In this document: one piece after another, positions 9,233 through 18,519 of the stretch
Layout of the letters: each line of letters begins with the position of its first letter
Position numbering within the stretch: the first letter of the stretch is position 1
Source of the DNA: Sulfurimonas sp.
GTDB lineage: Bacteria; Campylobacterota; Campylobacteria; Campylobacterales; Sulfurimonadaceae
DNA: 64,000 bases
Assembly (NCBI RefSeq): GCF_026988655.1
Contig: NZ_JALSKT010000074.1
Span: 20,000-83,999 of the forward strand
Direction of reading: 5' to 3'
Notes under the pieces: generated by a model
Database searches by the model: none
The model's input: the letters and a program-made list of their open reading frames with translations, nothing else
Told to the model about the DNA's origin: nothing
Translations under genes and position numbers: made by a program

Positions 9233-11269
9233 GTGAGTAAAGTATATTTTTCTACTTGGAATGGTGAGCTTGTTAATAATATAGGTAAACCAAAAGAAGA
9301 GTGGGAAGAGTCAGCATATAATTTGCCAGCACAGTATGATGATCATCGTGACTCAAAGGCTTTCATAGGCTGGGATGGTGTTTCATTGTTTAATGAGGAT
9401 GTGGATGTTATCCGTTTAGCTATGGAATATGCTGCACAGTATCAAGTCTATTCAGAAGCATGTGGAAGATGTGCTCCTGGTAGATGGGGTGGTCGTATTT
9501 TATATGATCAACTTGATAAAATTGCTCGTGGTGAAGGTGAAATAGCTGATTTAGACCATTTGAAAGAGATTGGTAAAAGCATGCAGATTACTTCTAAGTG
9601 CGAGATAGGAAAAACAGTTCCAAATCCTATACTTGACTTGATGAATCACTTTGAAGATACATTTTTAGAGTGTATAAATGAAAAGAAAAAATCAAAACAT
9701 TATGATGATGCTATCGGTTATATTGCTAAGATTACGGCACCATGTACGGATGCTTGTCCTGCACATGTTGATATTCCTGGATATATAGAAGGTGTTAGAG
9801 ATTTACGTTTTGATGATTCATTAGAAGCTACGCGTCAGACGATGCCACTAGCACATACTTGTGGTCGTGTCTGTCCGCATCCATGTGAAGATGCTTGCCG
9901 TAGAACAAATCTTGATGAGCCTATCTCAATTATGGCACTCAAACGTCTTGGTGCAGACTGGGAAGCAAATCACGAATACAACTTTTTTCATCCAATGGAG
10001 AAAAAACCATCAATTGATAAAAAAGTAGCGGTTATAGGTGCAGGACCTGCAGGACTTACTACTGCTTACTATCTTGCAGCTGAAGGTATTGATGTAGATG
10101 TATATGAAGAGCTTCCTGTCCTTGGTGGTGAAGTTGCAGTTGGTGTTCCAGAGTATCGTATGCCAGTTGATAAATACAATCAAGATATCGAATGTGTTAG
10201 AGATATGGGTGTGAATTTTATCACTAATAGTCGTATCTCTGCAGATGATATGAGAAGATTTGAGAAAGAGTATGACGCAACTATGGTAGCCGTTGGAACA
10301 AGAATTTCTAAAAAAGTTCGTTGTGAAAATGAAAGACCAGAGATAAAGGGCTATTGGGGAGCTATTGATTTCCTTGATAAAGTAAATCTTTATGAAAAAT
10401 ATGGATACACAATTTCAAAAGAAGAACAAGAAGAAAACCTACTCACGACTGATTATGTTGACTTGACAGGTAAAACTGTTGTTTGTGTCGGTGGTGGATT
10501 TACTTCAATGGACGTTGTGCGTTGTTCTATTCGTGCAAATGCGAAAAAAGTTTATATGATTTATCGTCGTGATGAAAAAACTATTATTCGTAATACAACT
10601 TATGAAGAGTATCATGAAGCAGTAGAAGAGGGTGTTGAGTTTCTTTTCCATTCTGCTGTGAATAATATTACAACAAATGATGATGATATATTGACTGAGT
10701 TGTTAGTTGATAAATTTGAACTTGTACCTGATCCTGATGGTGGTCGTGCACAACTTGTTAAAATTGAAGGTGCATCATATACGATAGAGGCTGATTATCT
10801 TATTCCAGCTGTTTCTCAATCTGCTGATCTGGACTTACTTCCAGAAGAGTGGGATATAGAGATGACTTCATGGGCTACTATCAAAACAAATGGTAAAGAT
10901 TATATGACATCACGCAAAGGTATTTTTGCTTCTGGTGATTGTGAATATGGTCCAATGACAATTGTAAACGCAGTAGGTCAAGCAAAACGTGCAGCTTCTG
11001 TTATGTCACGCTATGTGCAAACAGGTGAAATAACTTTAACTGATGATGAGATAATGGAAGATCATTTGAGTAAACTTAAAGTTTATGATAAGAAAGAAAA
11101 AGTAACTGGTTGGTTGCCAGGTCTTCCTCGTGAGCACTCTTCTGTACTTGACGCCGAAATACGTAAACATAATAATGCTGAAGTGAATCTAGGATTTACT
11201 CAAGATCAGGCCTTAGCAGAGGCAGATAGATGTATGCGTTGTTACTATATAGCAATGGTACAGGCATAA
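9233..11269 (+). CDS. NuoF-C-terminal-like domain fused to a GltD-type (glutamate synthase small-subunit-like) NAD(P)H flavoprotein
   Basis: GTG start after AGGGA. N-terminal region CGRCAPGRWGG...GEGEIADLDHL...KCEIGK resembles the NuoF N3-cluster helical domain, with the third Cys replaced by Gly. Then CTDACPAHVDIP...CGRVCPHPCEDACRR (2x[4Fe-4S]), VAVIGAGPAGL, GVPEYRMP, VGGGFTSMD, YRR and GIFASGDC, all GltD/NfnB hallmarks. Confidence 0.75.
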   Translation: MSKVYFSTWNGELVNNIGKPKEEWEESAYNLPAQYDDHRDSKAFIGWDGVSLFNEDVDVIRLAMEYAAQYQVYSEACGRCAPGRWGGRILYDQLDKIARGEGEIADLDHLKEIGKSMQITSKCEIGKTVPNPILDLMNHFEDTFLECINEKKKSKHYDDAIGYIAKITAPCTDACPAHVDIPGYIEGVRDLRFDDSLEATRQTMPLAHTCGRVCPHPCEDACRRTNLDEPISIMALKRLGADWEANHEYNFFHPMEKKPSIDKKVAVIGAGPAGLTTAYYLAAEGIDVDVYEELPVLGGEVAVGVPEYRMPVDKYNQDIECVRDMGVNFITNSRISADDMRRFEKEYDATMVAVGTRISKKVRCENERPEIKGYWGAIDFLDKVNLYEKYGYTISKEEQEENLLTTDYVDLTGKTVVCVGGGFTSMDVVRCSIRANAKKVYMIYRRDEKTIIRNTTYEEYHEAVEEGVEFLFHSAVNNITTNDDDILTELLVDKFELVPDPDGGRAQLVKIEGASYTIEADYLIPAVSQSADLDLLPEEWDIEMTSWATIKTNGKDYMTSRKGIFASGDCEYGPMTIVNAVGQAKRAASVMSRYVQTGEITLTDDEIMEDHLSKLKVYDKKEKVTGWLPGLPREHSSVLDAEIRKHNNAEVNLGFTQDQALAEADRCMRCYYIAMVQA

Positions 11270-11280
11270 GGAGGTCGTGA

Positions 11281-13524
11281 ATGAGTAAAATTATTAATTT
11301 TAAAATTGACGGTAAAGATGTTCAAGCAAAAAAAGGTGAAACAATCCTTCAAGTTGCTAGAAAAAATGATCTTTACATACCTACTATGTGTTATATCTCC
11401 AAGACAACGCCTTGTGCGTCTTGTCGTATCTGTTCTGTTGAAGTAGAAGGTGTTGATGGTTTTATACTTTCTTGTAACACACCACCTACTGAGGGCATAG
11501 AAGTAAAAATAAATTCAGATAAGCTTGAAGTCGAAAGAACCAATATCATGAAACTTTATGATGTCAATCATCCATTAGAATGTGGAGTTTGTGATAAGTC
11601 AGGCGAGTGTGATTTGCAAAATATGACATTAGAATTTAATGTAGGAAATCAAAATTTTTCAGCGAAAGATCAACTACGAAAAGTAGAAGATTGGGGGTTG
11701 ATAAATTATGATCCTGCATTATGTATTATGTGTGAAAAATGTGTTCATGTTTGTAATGAAGTTATTGGTGATGATGCCATCGATGTTAAGTTTGGTGGTT
11801 ACTCTTCTGTAATTATTCCAAAAAATTCCCAAACACTTGACTGTACATACTGTGGCGAATGTATCGCAGTTTGTCCTGTTGGAGCACTTGTGAGCAGTGA
11901 TTTTAAATACACTGCGAATGCATGGGAATTATCCCGTGTTCCATCAACTTGTGCACACTGTTCTGCGGGATGTTCATTAGAGTATGAAACTCGTCATTTT
12001 GGTATAAATGGTGAAGACAACATCTACAGAGTGAAAAATAATTTTGAATACAATTCACTTTGTGGAGCAGGACGATTTGGTTTTGATTTTGAAAATCGAG
12101 CAAAAAAAGATGCTACTGCGTTTGAAGGGGCTTTAGAAGCTTTAAAAAATGCAAATGCTATTCGTTTTACTTCAATAATAACGAATGAAGAAGTACTGAT
12201 TTTGCAAAAGTTAAAAGAGAAGCTCGGAATTAAACTTTATAACGAAGATGCACGTTTGTATGCTGACTTTATGAAAGCATATAGTTCTGTAAGTGGAAAG
12301 TTGCATCATAGTGCTTCAATGGATGCAATAAAACAAGCAGATGCAGTGGTAATTATCGGAACAAGAATAGCAACAGATAATCCTATGGTTAGATATGCAA
12401 TCAGAACGGCTTCTCAGCATAATGGCGCAAAAGTAATTTATGCACATCCTTTAGAAGATGCGTTGATGAAAAATACTGCTACACAATTCATCAAATATGA
12501 AGTAGGAACTGAAGAGGGTGTAATAGCTCTCTTAGCAAATGAGTTACTTAAAAATGCTGATATTGATGAAGATGCAAAAGCATTTTTAGAAGAGTTAGAT
12601 TTAGGTTATCTTGAAGCTGAGAGTAATGTAGGCGATGATGAAATCAAGCAAATGAGTAAATCATTTAGTAGAACTCAAAATCATGTATTAGTTCTTGGTA
12701 GTGATTTGTTTGCACATGCCCGTGCAAAAAATATTGCAAAACTAGCAGCTTTAATTGAAAAATATACAAATTTTTCTTTATTGATTGTTCCAAATGAAGT
12801 TAACACTGCTGGTGTATCACTTATCTGTGAACTAGATGTTGATGAGGAGACAGAAAATGTTGTTGGATATAATGCAGATGGTGACTTTGTACTCTCTTCA
12901 TTAGAAGAAGCAGATTTAGCTATGCCAGCACTGAATCAAGTTGAAGGAACAATCGTTAATGTTGATAACAAAGTGTTACCGCTGAATGTAGCCCTAGCAT
13001 TTGATGGTTATCTTCTTAATGATTTAGCAAAGGCTTTTGACATAGATAAAGAGTACACAGTTGAATATACGAGTGAGTTACCAAGTGATAAAGGCTTTAA
13101 AAATATTGCTTTTGATTCGCTAGAGAATTTCTACTCACCACATGGGGATGATATAAGAGGGTATCTTTTAGATGAAGTCTCTTGTGTAGTTGAGGCGGTG
13201 ATTGAACCTGTCGCAGATTTGCCAGAGTTTAATGGTACGGTTGTATATAATTGTAACCCTGTTTTACAATTCAATAAATTTACTAATAAAACAAAACAAC
13301 TTGAAAAAGATACAGTATTAAGAGGTTCAGCACAGTTTGCTGCTGCAGCAAAAATAAATGATGGTGACGAGATAGAAATAATTTCTCAAAACAGAACAAT
13401 TAAAAGAAAATTTAAACTAGATGATGAGCTTAAAGGAACAGTGGCACTCAACCCTGTTTTTGATATAGGTCAAGAGTCAAGTTTATATAGATTTCAAAAA
13501 TCCAAAATAGTGAGAGTAATATAA
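11281..13524 (+). CDS. NuoG-like Fe-S subunit, paralog 1 (747 aa)
   Basis: 2Fe-2S ferredoxin N-terminus, HPLECGVCDKSGECDLQ, CIMCEKCVHVC, CTYCGECIAVCPVGAL and CAHCSAGC, followed by a molybdopterin-oxidoreductase-like body. Confidence 0.8.
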   Translation: MSKIINFKIDGKDVQAKKGETILQVARKNDLYIPTMCYISKTTPCASCRICSVEVEGVDGFILSCNTPPTEGIEVKINSDKLEVERTNIMKLYDVNHPLECGVCDKSGECDLQNMTLEFNVGNQNFSAKDQLRKVEDWGLINYDPALCIMCEKCVHVCNEVIGDDAIDVKFGGYSSVIIPKNSQTLDCTYCGECIAVCPVGALVSSDFKYTANAWELSRVPSTCAHCSAGCSLEYETRHFGINGEDNIYRVKNNFEYNSLCGAGRFGFDFENRAKKDATAFEGALEALKNANAIRFTSIITNEEVLILQKLKEKLGIKLYNEDARLYADFMKAYSSVSGKLHHSASMDAIKQADAVVIIGTRIATDNPMVRYAIRTASQHNGAKVIYAHPLEDALMKNTATQFIKYEVGTEEGVIALLANELLKNADIDEDAKAFLEELDLGYLEAESNVGDDEIKQMSKSFSRTQNHVLVLGSDLFAHARAKNIAKLAALIEKYTNFSLLIVPNEVNTAGVSLICELDVDEETENVVGYNADGDFVLSSLEEADLAMPALNQVEGTIVNVDNKVLPLNVALAFDGYLLNDLAKAFDIDKEYTVEYTSELPSDKGFKNIAFDSLENFYSPHGDDIRGYLLDEVSCVVEAVIEPVADLPEFNGTVVYNCNPVLQFNKFTNKTKQLEKDTVLRGSAQFAAAAKINDGDEIEIISQNRTIKRKFKLDDELKGTVALNPVFDIGQESSLYRFQKSKIVRVI

Positions 13525-16010
13525 TGAGTAAGATTACTATAAATATTGATGGTAAAGAGATTCAAACGCAAGAGGGTGCATATATACTAAATGCAGCTCG
13601 TGCTAATGATATTTTTATTCCTGCAATATGTTATTTGACAAGATGTAGCCCCACACTAGCTTGTAGAATTTGTCTTGTAGAAGCAGATGGAAAACAAGTC
13701 TATGCATGTAATGCAAAAGCTAAAGATGGTATGAACATTACAACTTCCACTGAGACAATCGAAAAAGAACGTCGTGCAATAATGGAAGTATATGATGTAA
13801 ACCATCCTCTACAATGTGGTGTTTGTGATCAATCAGGCGAGTGTGAGCTACAAAACTATACACTTGAGATAGGTGTAGATTCACAAAGCTATTCTGTAAA
13901 AGATGTAGATAGAAGCTCTCATGACTGGGGTCATTTACATTATGATCCGGGTCTTTGTATAGTTTGTGAGCGTTGTGTTACTGCTTGTAAAGATATGATT
14001 GGTGATAATTCACTCAAAACTATAGCACGTGGTGCTGACCCTTTAAATGCTGATTATAAAGCAGAAATGCCTAAAGATGCATATGCCATGTGGAATAAAC
14101 TAAACAAGTCAGTCATTGGTCTTACAAATGGAACTGATGTACTTGATTGTACTTCTTGTGGTGAATGTGCTGCTGTTTGTCCAGTTGGTGCGCTTGTTGA
14201 TACACAGTTTATGTACAAGTCTAATGCATGGGAGCTTAAACAAGTTCCAGCAACTTGTGGACATTGTTCTGCAGGTTGTCAAATCACATATGATATAAAG
14301 CATGCAAGTATAGATAATCCTGAAGATAAGATATACCGTGTTATGAACGAATGGAACTATGTTTCACTTTGTGGTGCTGGTCGTTATGGGTTTGACTATC
14401 AAAATGCTACTGCGACAAAAGATGAAGCTGCGTTTGAAAAAGCAATTGAGGCATTCAAGAAAGCTGACACTATTGCGTTTACTTCAACTATTACAAATGA
14501 AGAAGCTTATTTACTTCAAAAAATGAAAGAAAAATTTGGTTATAAACTTGTGAATAATGAAGCAAAAGCTTTTCAAACGTTTTTAGCTAATTATAGTGAG
14601 ATAAGTGGTACAAAACTTTATAGTAGTGATTTGGAAAAAGTACATAATTCTAATTTTGTAGTTTCAATTGGATCTGCTTTAAAAACGGACAATCCTAATG
14701 CAAGATATGCGCTTAATAATTCAATGACGGTAAATAAAGGTGCTGGATTATATTTCCATCCACTTAAAGATCCTATCATTGAAGGTTTAGGTAAGTCTAT
14801 AATGACAGTAAATCATGCTCCATTGCAAGAAGAAGTAGCGCTGTACCTTATCTTAGACCTCTTTGGGGATAAAACAAAATTACCATCAACTATAGTAGAA
14901 TATTTAGCTTCGTTTCATTCTCAAAAAACGATTACTATCCAAGAGACAGTAAAAGAAAAAGTGATTGAAATCGTTCAAGAAGTTAAAGTGAATGAAGAAA
15001 CTGGCGAAGAAGAAGAGATTGAAGTTGAAAAATCGAAGATGGTTTCTAAAAAAGTAGCTAAAGATGTTGAAGTAGATGACAACAAACTCTTAGAAATTCT
15101 TAGTGCTGATGCTAAATTTATGGAAGTATTAGAGAAGAATCTAAAGAAAAAGACTACTTTTGAATTGATGGTAGGTCCTGATTTATATACACATCCAAAT
15201 GCTAAAAATATTGCACGTTTAGTGGCTTTGGTTGAAAAATACTCTGCTTTTTCTGTAACAATGATCCCAACGCTTACTAACTCTCTTGGAGTGGCACTTC
15301 TATGTGAACTTGATGATGAAAAAGGTGCATATACTGTAGCTTATAATACAGATGGAGATTATGTGCTTTCTGGTTTAGGAGATGGTGATTTAGATATGCC
15401 AGCTATAAATCAGCAAGAAGGAACATTAACATCTATAAATAAACGTGTAAACCCAACAAATGCTGCTGTAGTTTATAATGGTTATGAACTTAATGATATT
15501 GCAAATGCACTTGGTCTTGAAGCTGAAAATGTTATAGATTATACTGTTGAACTGCCAATATCTGTTGGATTCAAATCAGAAGAATTTGATAATTTACCAA
15601 ATCATTACGAAAATGATGGAACAGAAGTTCGCGGATATGTGTTAGAAAATGTAGCAGTTGATGTAAGTGATGATGAAAGTGTTGATAAATTCAGTGAAGA
15701 TAAGCTTGAAGGTAGTATAATTTATCTAGCTAATCCTGTAAGACAATTTACAGAGTTTACAAACAAAACAAGCAACCTTGATGAAGTAAGTGGTATTTAT
15801 ATGAGTGAAGAGTTCTTATCTAAATCAGACTTTAATGAGGGTGATACTGTAAAAGTAAAAACTACAAATGGTGAGCTTACTGCAAATGTAGTAAGTGATA
15901 ATAAAATTACAGGTGATATTGTAGTTTTACCAACATTTGACAAAAAACTAAACTCAGAAGCATTATTTGAGGCATATCGCTTTAATTCTGCTTCGATACA
16001 AAAGGTGTAA
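13524..16010 (+). CDS. nuoG: NADH-quinone oxidoreductase subunit G (828 aa, epsilonproteobacterial size class)
   Basis: Same cluster motifs as paralog 1 (HPLQCGVCDQSGECELQ, CIVCERCVTAC, CTSCGECAAVCPVGAL, CGHCSAGC). ATAATG overlap with paralog 1. Sits directly upstream of nuoH. Confidence 0.85.
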   Translation: MSKITINIDGKEIQTQEGAYILNAARANDIFIPAICYLTRCSPTLACRICLVEADGKQVYACNAKAKDGMNITTSTETIEKERRAIMEVYDVNHPLQCGVCDQSGECELQNYTLEIGVDSQSYSVKDVDRSSHDWGHLHYDPGLCIVCERCVTACKDMIGDNSLKTIARGADPLNADYKAEMPKDAYAMWNKLNKSVIGLTNGTDVLDCTSCGECAAVCPVGALVDTQFMYKSNAWELKQVPATCGHCSAGCQITYDIKHASIDNPEDKIYRVMNEWNYVSLCGAGRYGFDYQNATATKDEAAFEKAIEAFKKADTIAFTSTITNEEAYLLQKMKEKFGYKLVNNEAKAFQTFLANYSEISGTKLYSSDLEKVHNSNFVVSIGSALKTDNPNARYALNNSMTVNKGAGLYFHPLKDPIIEGLGKSIMTVNHAPLQEEVALYLILDLFGDKTKLPSTIVEYLASFHSQKTITIQETVKEKVIEIVQEVKVNEETGEEEEIEVEKSKMVSKKVAKDVEVDDNKLLEILSADAKFMEVLEKNLKKKTTFELMVGPDLYTHPNAKNIARLVALVEKYSAFSVTMIPTLTNSLGVALLCELDDEKGAYTVAYNTDGDYVLSGLGDGDLDMPAINQQEGTLTSINKRVNPTNAAVVYNGYELNDIANALGLEAENVIDYTVELPISVGFKSEEFDNLPNHYENDGTEVRGYVLENVAVDVSDDESVDKFSEDKLEGSIIYLANPVRQFTEFTNKTSNLDEVSGIYMSEEFLSKSDFNEGDTVKVKTTNGELTANVVSDNKITGDIVVLPTFDKKLNSEALFEAYRFNSASIQKV

Positions 16011-16013
16011 TAT

Positions 16014-17003
16014 ATGGATACAGCATATTTAATTGAGACGATAATCAAAGTCGTTGTAATCTTACTTATATTTTCTGCGTTAGCAGGTATTGGTACATAT
16101 TTCGAGCGTAAAGTGCTTGCATTTATGCAACGTCGTTTGGGGCCGATGTATGTTGGACCATATGGACTATTGCAAGTTGCAGCAGATGGTGTAAAGCTTT
16201 TTACAAAAGAGGATATCATCCCTACAAATGTAGTAGCTCTTATATTTAAAATAGCTCCTGTAATTACAGCAGCTACTGCGTTTATGGCAGCTGCTGCAAT
16301 TCCATTCTTTCCAGAATTTACAGTGTTTGGATATACAGTTCATCCTATTGTTGCAGATTTAAATATTGGTATATTATATATTTTAGGTGTAATGGCAGTT
16401 GGTTTGTATGGACCATTACTTGGAGGTATGGCATCTGCGAATAAATTTGCACTACTTTCAGCTGCTCGTACAGCAGCAGTATTTATATCATATGAAGTTG
16501 TAAGTGGTTTGTCTATTTTAGCTCCAATTATGATGGTTGGTTCATTGTCACTTATTGATTTTAATGAATATCAAGCAGGTGGTATCAGTGACTGGATAAT
16601 ATGGTCACAACCTCTTGCATTTATATTGTTTTGGATTGCTGCGTTTGCTGAAACAGGACGTACTCCTTTTCACTTGATAGCGAATGATCATGAAATTATT
16701 GATGGTTTTGGTACTGAGTATTCTGGTATGAGATGGGGTCTATTCTTCATTGGTGAATATGCAAATATGTTTTTTATCTCTTTTGTAATACCACTTATCT
16801 TTTTAGGTGGATTTGGTGATGGAACTATTTTTGGGGCACTTGGATTATTAGGTAAAGTCGCATTTTTCTTTTTCTTCTTTTTGTGGACTAGAGCAGCTTG
16901 GCCAGATGTGAGACCAGATCAACTTATGTGGTTGTGTTGGAAAGTTTTAATGCCATTAGCCGTGATTAATGTTGTAATCACTGGTTTAGTGATGATGTTT
17001 TAA
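16014..17003 (+). CDS. nuoH: NADH-quinone oxidoreductase subunit H
   Basis: Polytopic membrane protein with ERKVLAFMQRRLGP, the PF(H)L..AE.E loop (AETGRTPFHL) and EYSGMRW. Confidence 0.95.
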   Translation: MDTAYLIETIIKVVVILLIFSALAGIGTYFERKVLAFMQRRLGPMYVGPYGLLQVAADGVKLFTKEDIIPTNVVALIFKIAPVITAATAFMAAAAIPFFPEFTVFGYTVHPIVADLNIGILYILGVMAVGLYGPLLGGMASANKFALLSAARTAAVFISYEVVSGLSILAPIMMVGSLSLIDFNEYQAGGISDWIIWSQPLAFILFWIAAFAETGRTPFHLIANDHEIIDGFGTEYSGMRWGLFFIGEYANMFFISFVIPLIFLGGFGDGTIFGALGLLGKVAFFFFFFLWTRAAWPDVRPDQLMWLCWKVLMPLAVINVVITGLVMMF

Positions 17004-17014
17004 GGGGATAATGA

Positions 17015-17632
17015 ATGAAAATGGAAGCATTTAATGATAGAAATGTAGCTGATAATGGCTACTTTTTAGTTGATATTGAAGATTATCCTACTGATGGTTG
17101 GGGTAAGTTTAAGCGTGTAGTTAGAAGAAGTTTTAAGGGTGAGCTATTTGTTGGTCTTTGGGTTGTACTTCGTGAGATGATTAAGTTTGATATTCACACA
17201 GTACAATATCCTGAAGAAAAAATGCCTATAGGTCCTCGTTATCGTGCAGTGCATGAGATGAAACGACTTTGGGAATCTGATGCTGAGAGATGTATCGGTT
17301 GTGGTTTATGTGAAAAGATTTGTATTTCAGATTGTATTCGTATGGATACTAAAATTGATGAAAACTCTCGTAAAGAAGTAACAGAATATACAATTAACTT
17401 AGGTCGTTGTATTTTTTGTGGTTATTGTGCAGAGGTTTGCCCAGAGTTGGCAATTACACATGGTGGAGAGTATGAGCAAGCTTCAGAACAAAGAGAACAC
17501 TTTGTAGATTACGAATATATGCTTACACCTATAGATACCATGAAGGCTAAAGCTCAAAAAGAGTTTGAAGGTTTCGGTGCTATTACACCACATGAAGACG
17601 AGCGTGTTAAAAAAACACCTCTAGCATATTAA
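17015..17632 (+). CDS. nuoI: NADH-quinone oxidoreductase subunit I
   Basis: Two CxxCxxCxxxCP ferredoxin motifs (CIGCGLCEKIC, CIFCGYCAEVCP). Confidence 0.9.
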   Translation: MKMEAFNDRNVADNGYFLVDIEDYPTDGWGKFKRVVRRSFKGELFVGLWVVLREMIKFDIHTVQYPEEKMPIGPRYRAVHEMKRLWESDAERCIGCGLCEKICISDCIRMDTKIDENSRKEVTEYTINLGRCIFCGYCAEVCPELAITHGGEYEQASEQREHFVDYEYMLTPIDTMKAKAQKEFEGFGAITPHEDERVKKTPLAY

Positions 17633-17644
17633 GGAGTTTAGACT

Positions 17645-18211
17645 ATGTTTGAAGCGATAGCGTTTTACTTGTTTGCATTTTTGACTATTACGATGTTTTT
17701 CATTACAGTGACTACATCACAAGCATTATATGCATTAACTGCCTTAGCAGCAGGAATGATTTTTATATCAGCATTTTTCTTTATTTTGGGTGCTGATTTT
17801 TTAGGTGCGGTTCAGATAATCGTATATACAGGTGCTGTTATGGCTCTTTATGCTTTTGGTATGATGTTTTTTGATACAACTCGTGAAGTGAAAGAGAAGC
17901 AGGGGAATAAATATATTATTATAGGGCTTTCAACTTTAGCAGCTATTTTAGTTGTAGTGATTTTTGCTACACCTATGGTTTCTGAAAATATAGTGGCACT
18001 TTACCCAGCTATAGAAGGTGTTGGTAACACTCAAGAAGTTGGTTTAGTTTTATTTACGAAGTATTTAGTTCCCTTTGAAGTTGCTGCGATTATGTTGCTT
18101 GTTGCAATGGTAGCTGGAATTGTACTTGCCGGTAAAAAAATGGACCTTTCAATCACGCTTATGAATGATGAAGATCTTGAAAAAGAAAAAAATAAAAAGG
18201 TGCTTTCATGA
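17645..18211 (+). CDS. nuoJ: NADH-quinone oxidoreductase subunit J
   Basis: Five-TM hydrophobic protein at the nuoJ position, with VQIIVYTGAVM. Confidence 0.85.
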   Translation: MFEAIAFYLFAFLTITMFFITVTTSQALYALTALAAGMIFISAFFFILGADFLGAVQIIVYTGAVMALYAFGMMFFDTTREVKEKQGNKYIIIGLSTLAAILVVVIFATPMVSENIVALYPAIEGVGNTQEVGLVLFTKYLVPFEVAAIMLLVAMVAGIVLAGKKMDLSITLMNDEDLEKEKNKKVLS

Positions 18212-18516
18212 TGGAAATTGGTTTAAACCATTATTTAGTTTTATCTACTATTTTATTTGCTATTGGTTTAGTAGGTGTTATGCGTAGAAAAAATCTTCTT
18301 TTGCTATTTTTTGCGACAGAAATATTACTAAACTCTGTAAATGTAGCATTTGCTGCTATCTCACACTATTATGGTGATTTAACAGGGCAAATGTTTGCAT
18401 TTTTTGTCATTGCTATTGCCGCTTCTGAAGTTGCAGTTGGTCTTGGGCTTCTTATTGTGTGGTTCAAACGTCATGGTTCTATTGATTTAGATTCATTAAG
18501 TTCGATGAAAGGATAA
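18208..18516 (+). CDS. nuoK: NADH-quinone oxidoreductase subunit K
   Basis: About 100 aa, three TM helices, conserved E residues (ATEILLNS, AASEVAVGL). ATGATG overlap with nuoJ. Confidence 0.9.
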   Translation: MMEIGLNHYLVLSTILFAIGLVGVMRRKNLLLLFFATEILLNSVNVAFAAISHYYGDLTGQMFAFFVIAIAASEVAVGLGLLIVWFKRHGSIDLDSLSSMKG

Positions 18517-18519
18517 AGA

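Noticed and set aside
15797-16219. 140-aa minus-strand ORF spanning the nuoG/nuoH junction.
   Set aside because: It is antisense to two strongly supported nuo genes, and I recognise no motif or RBS.
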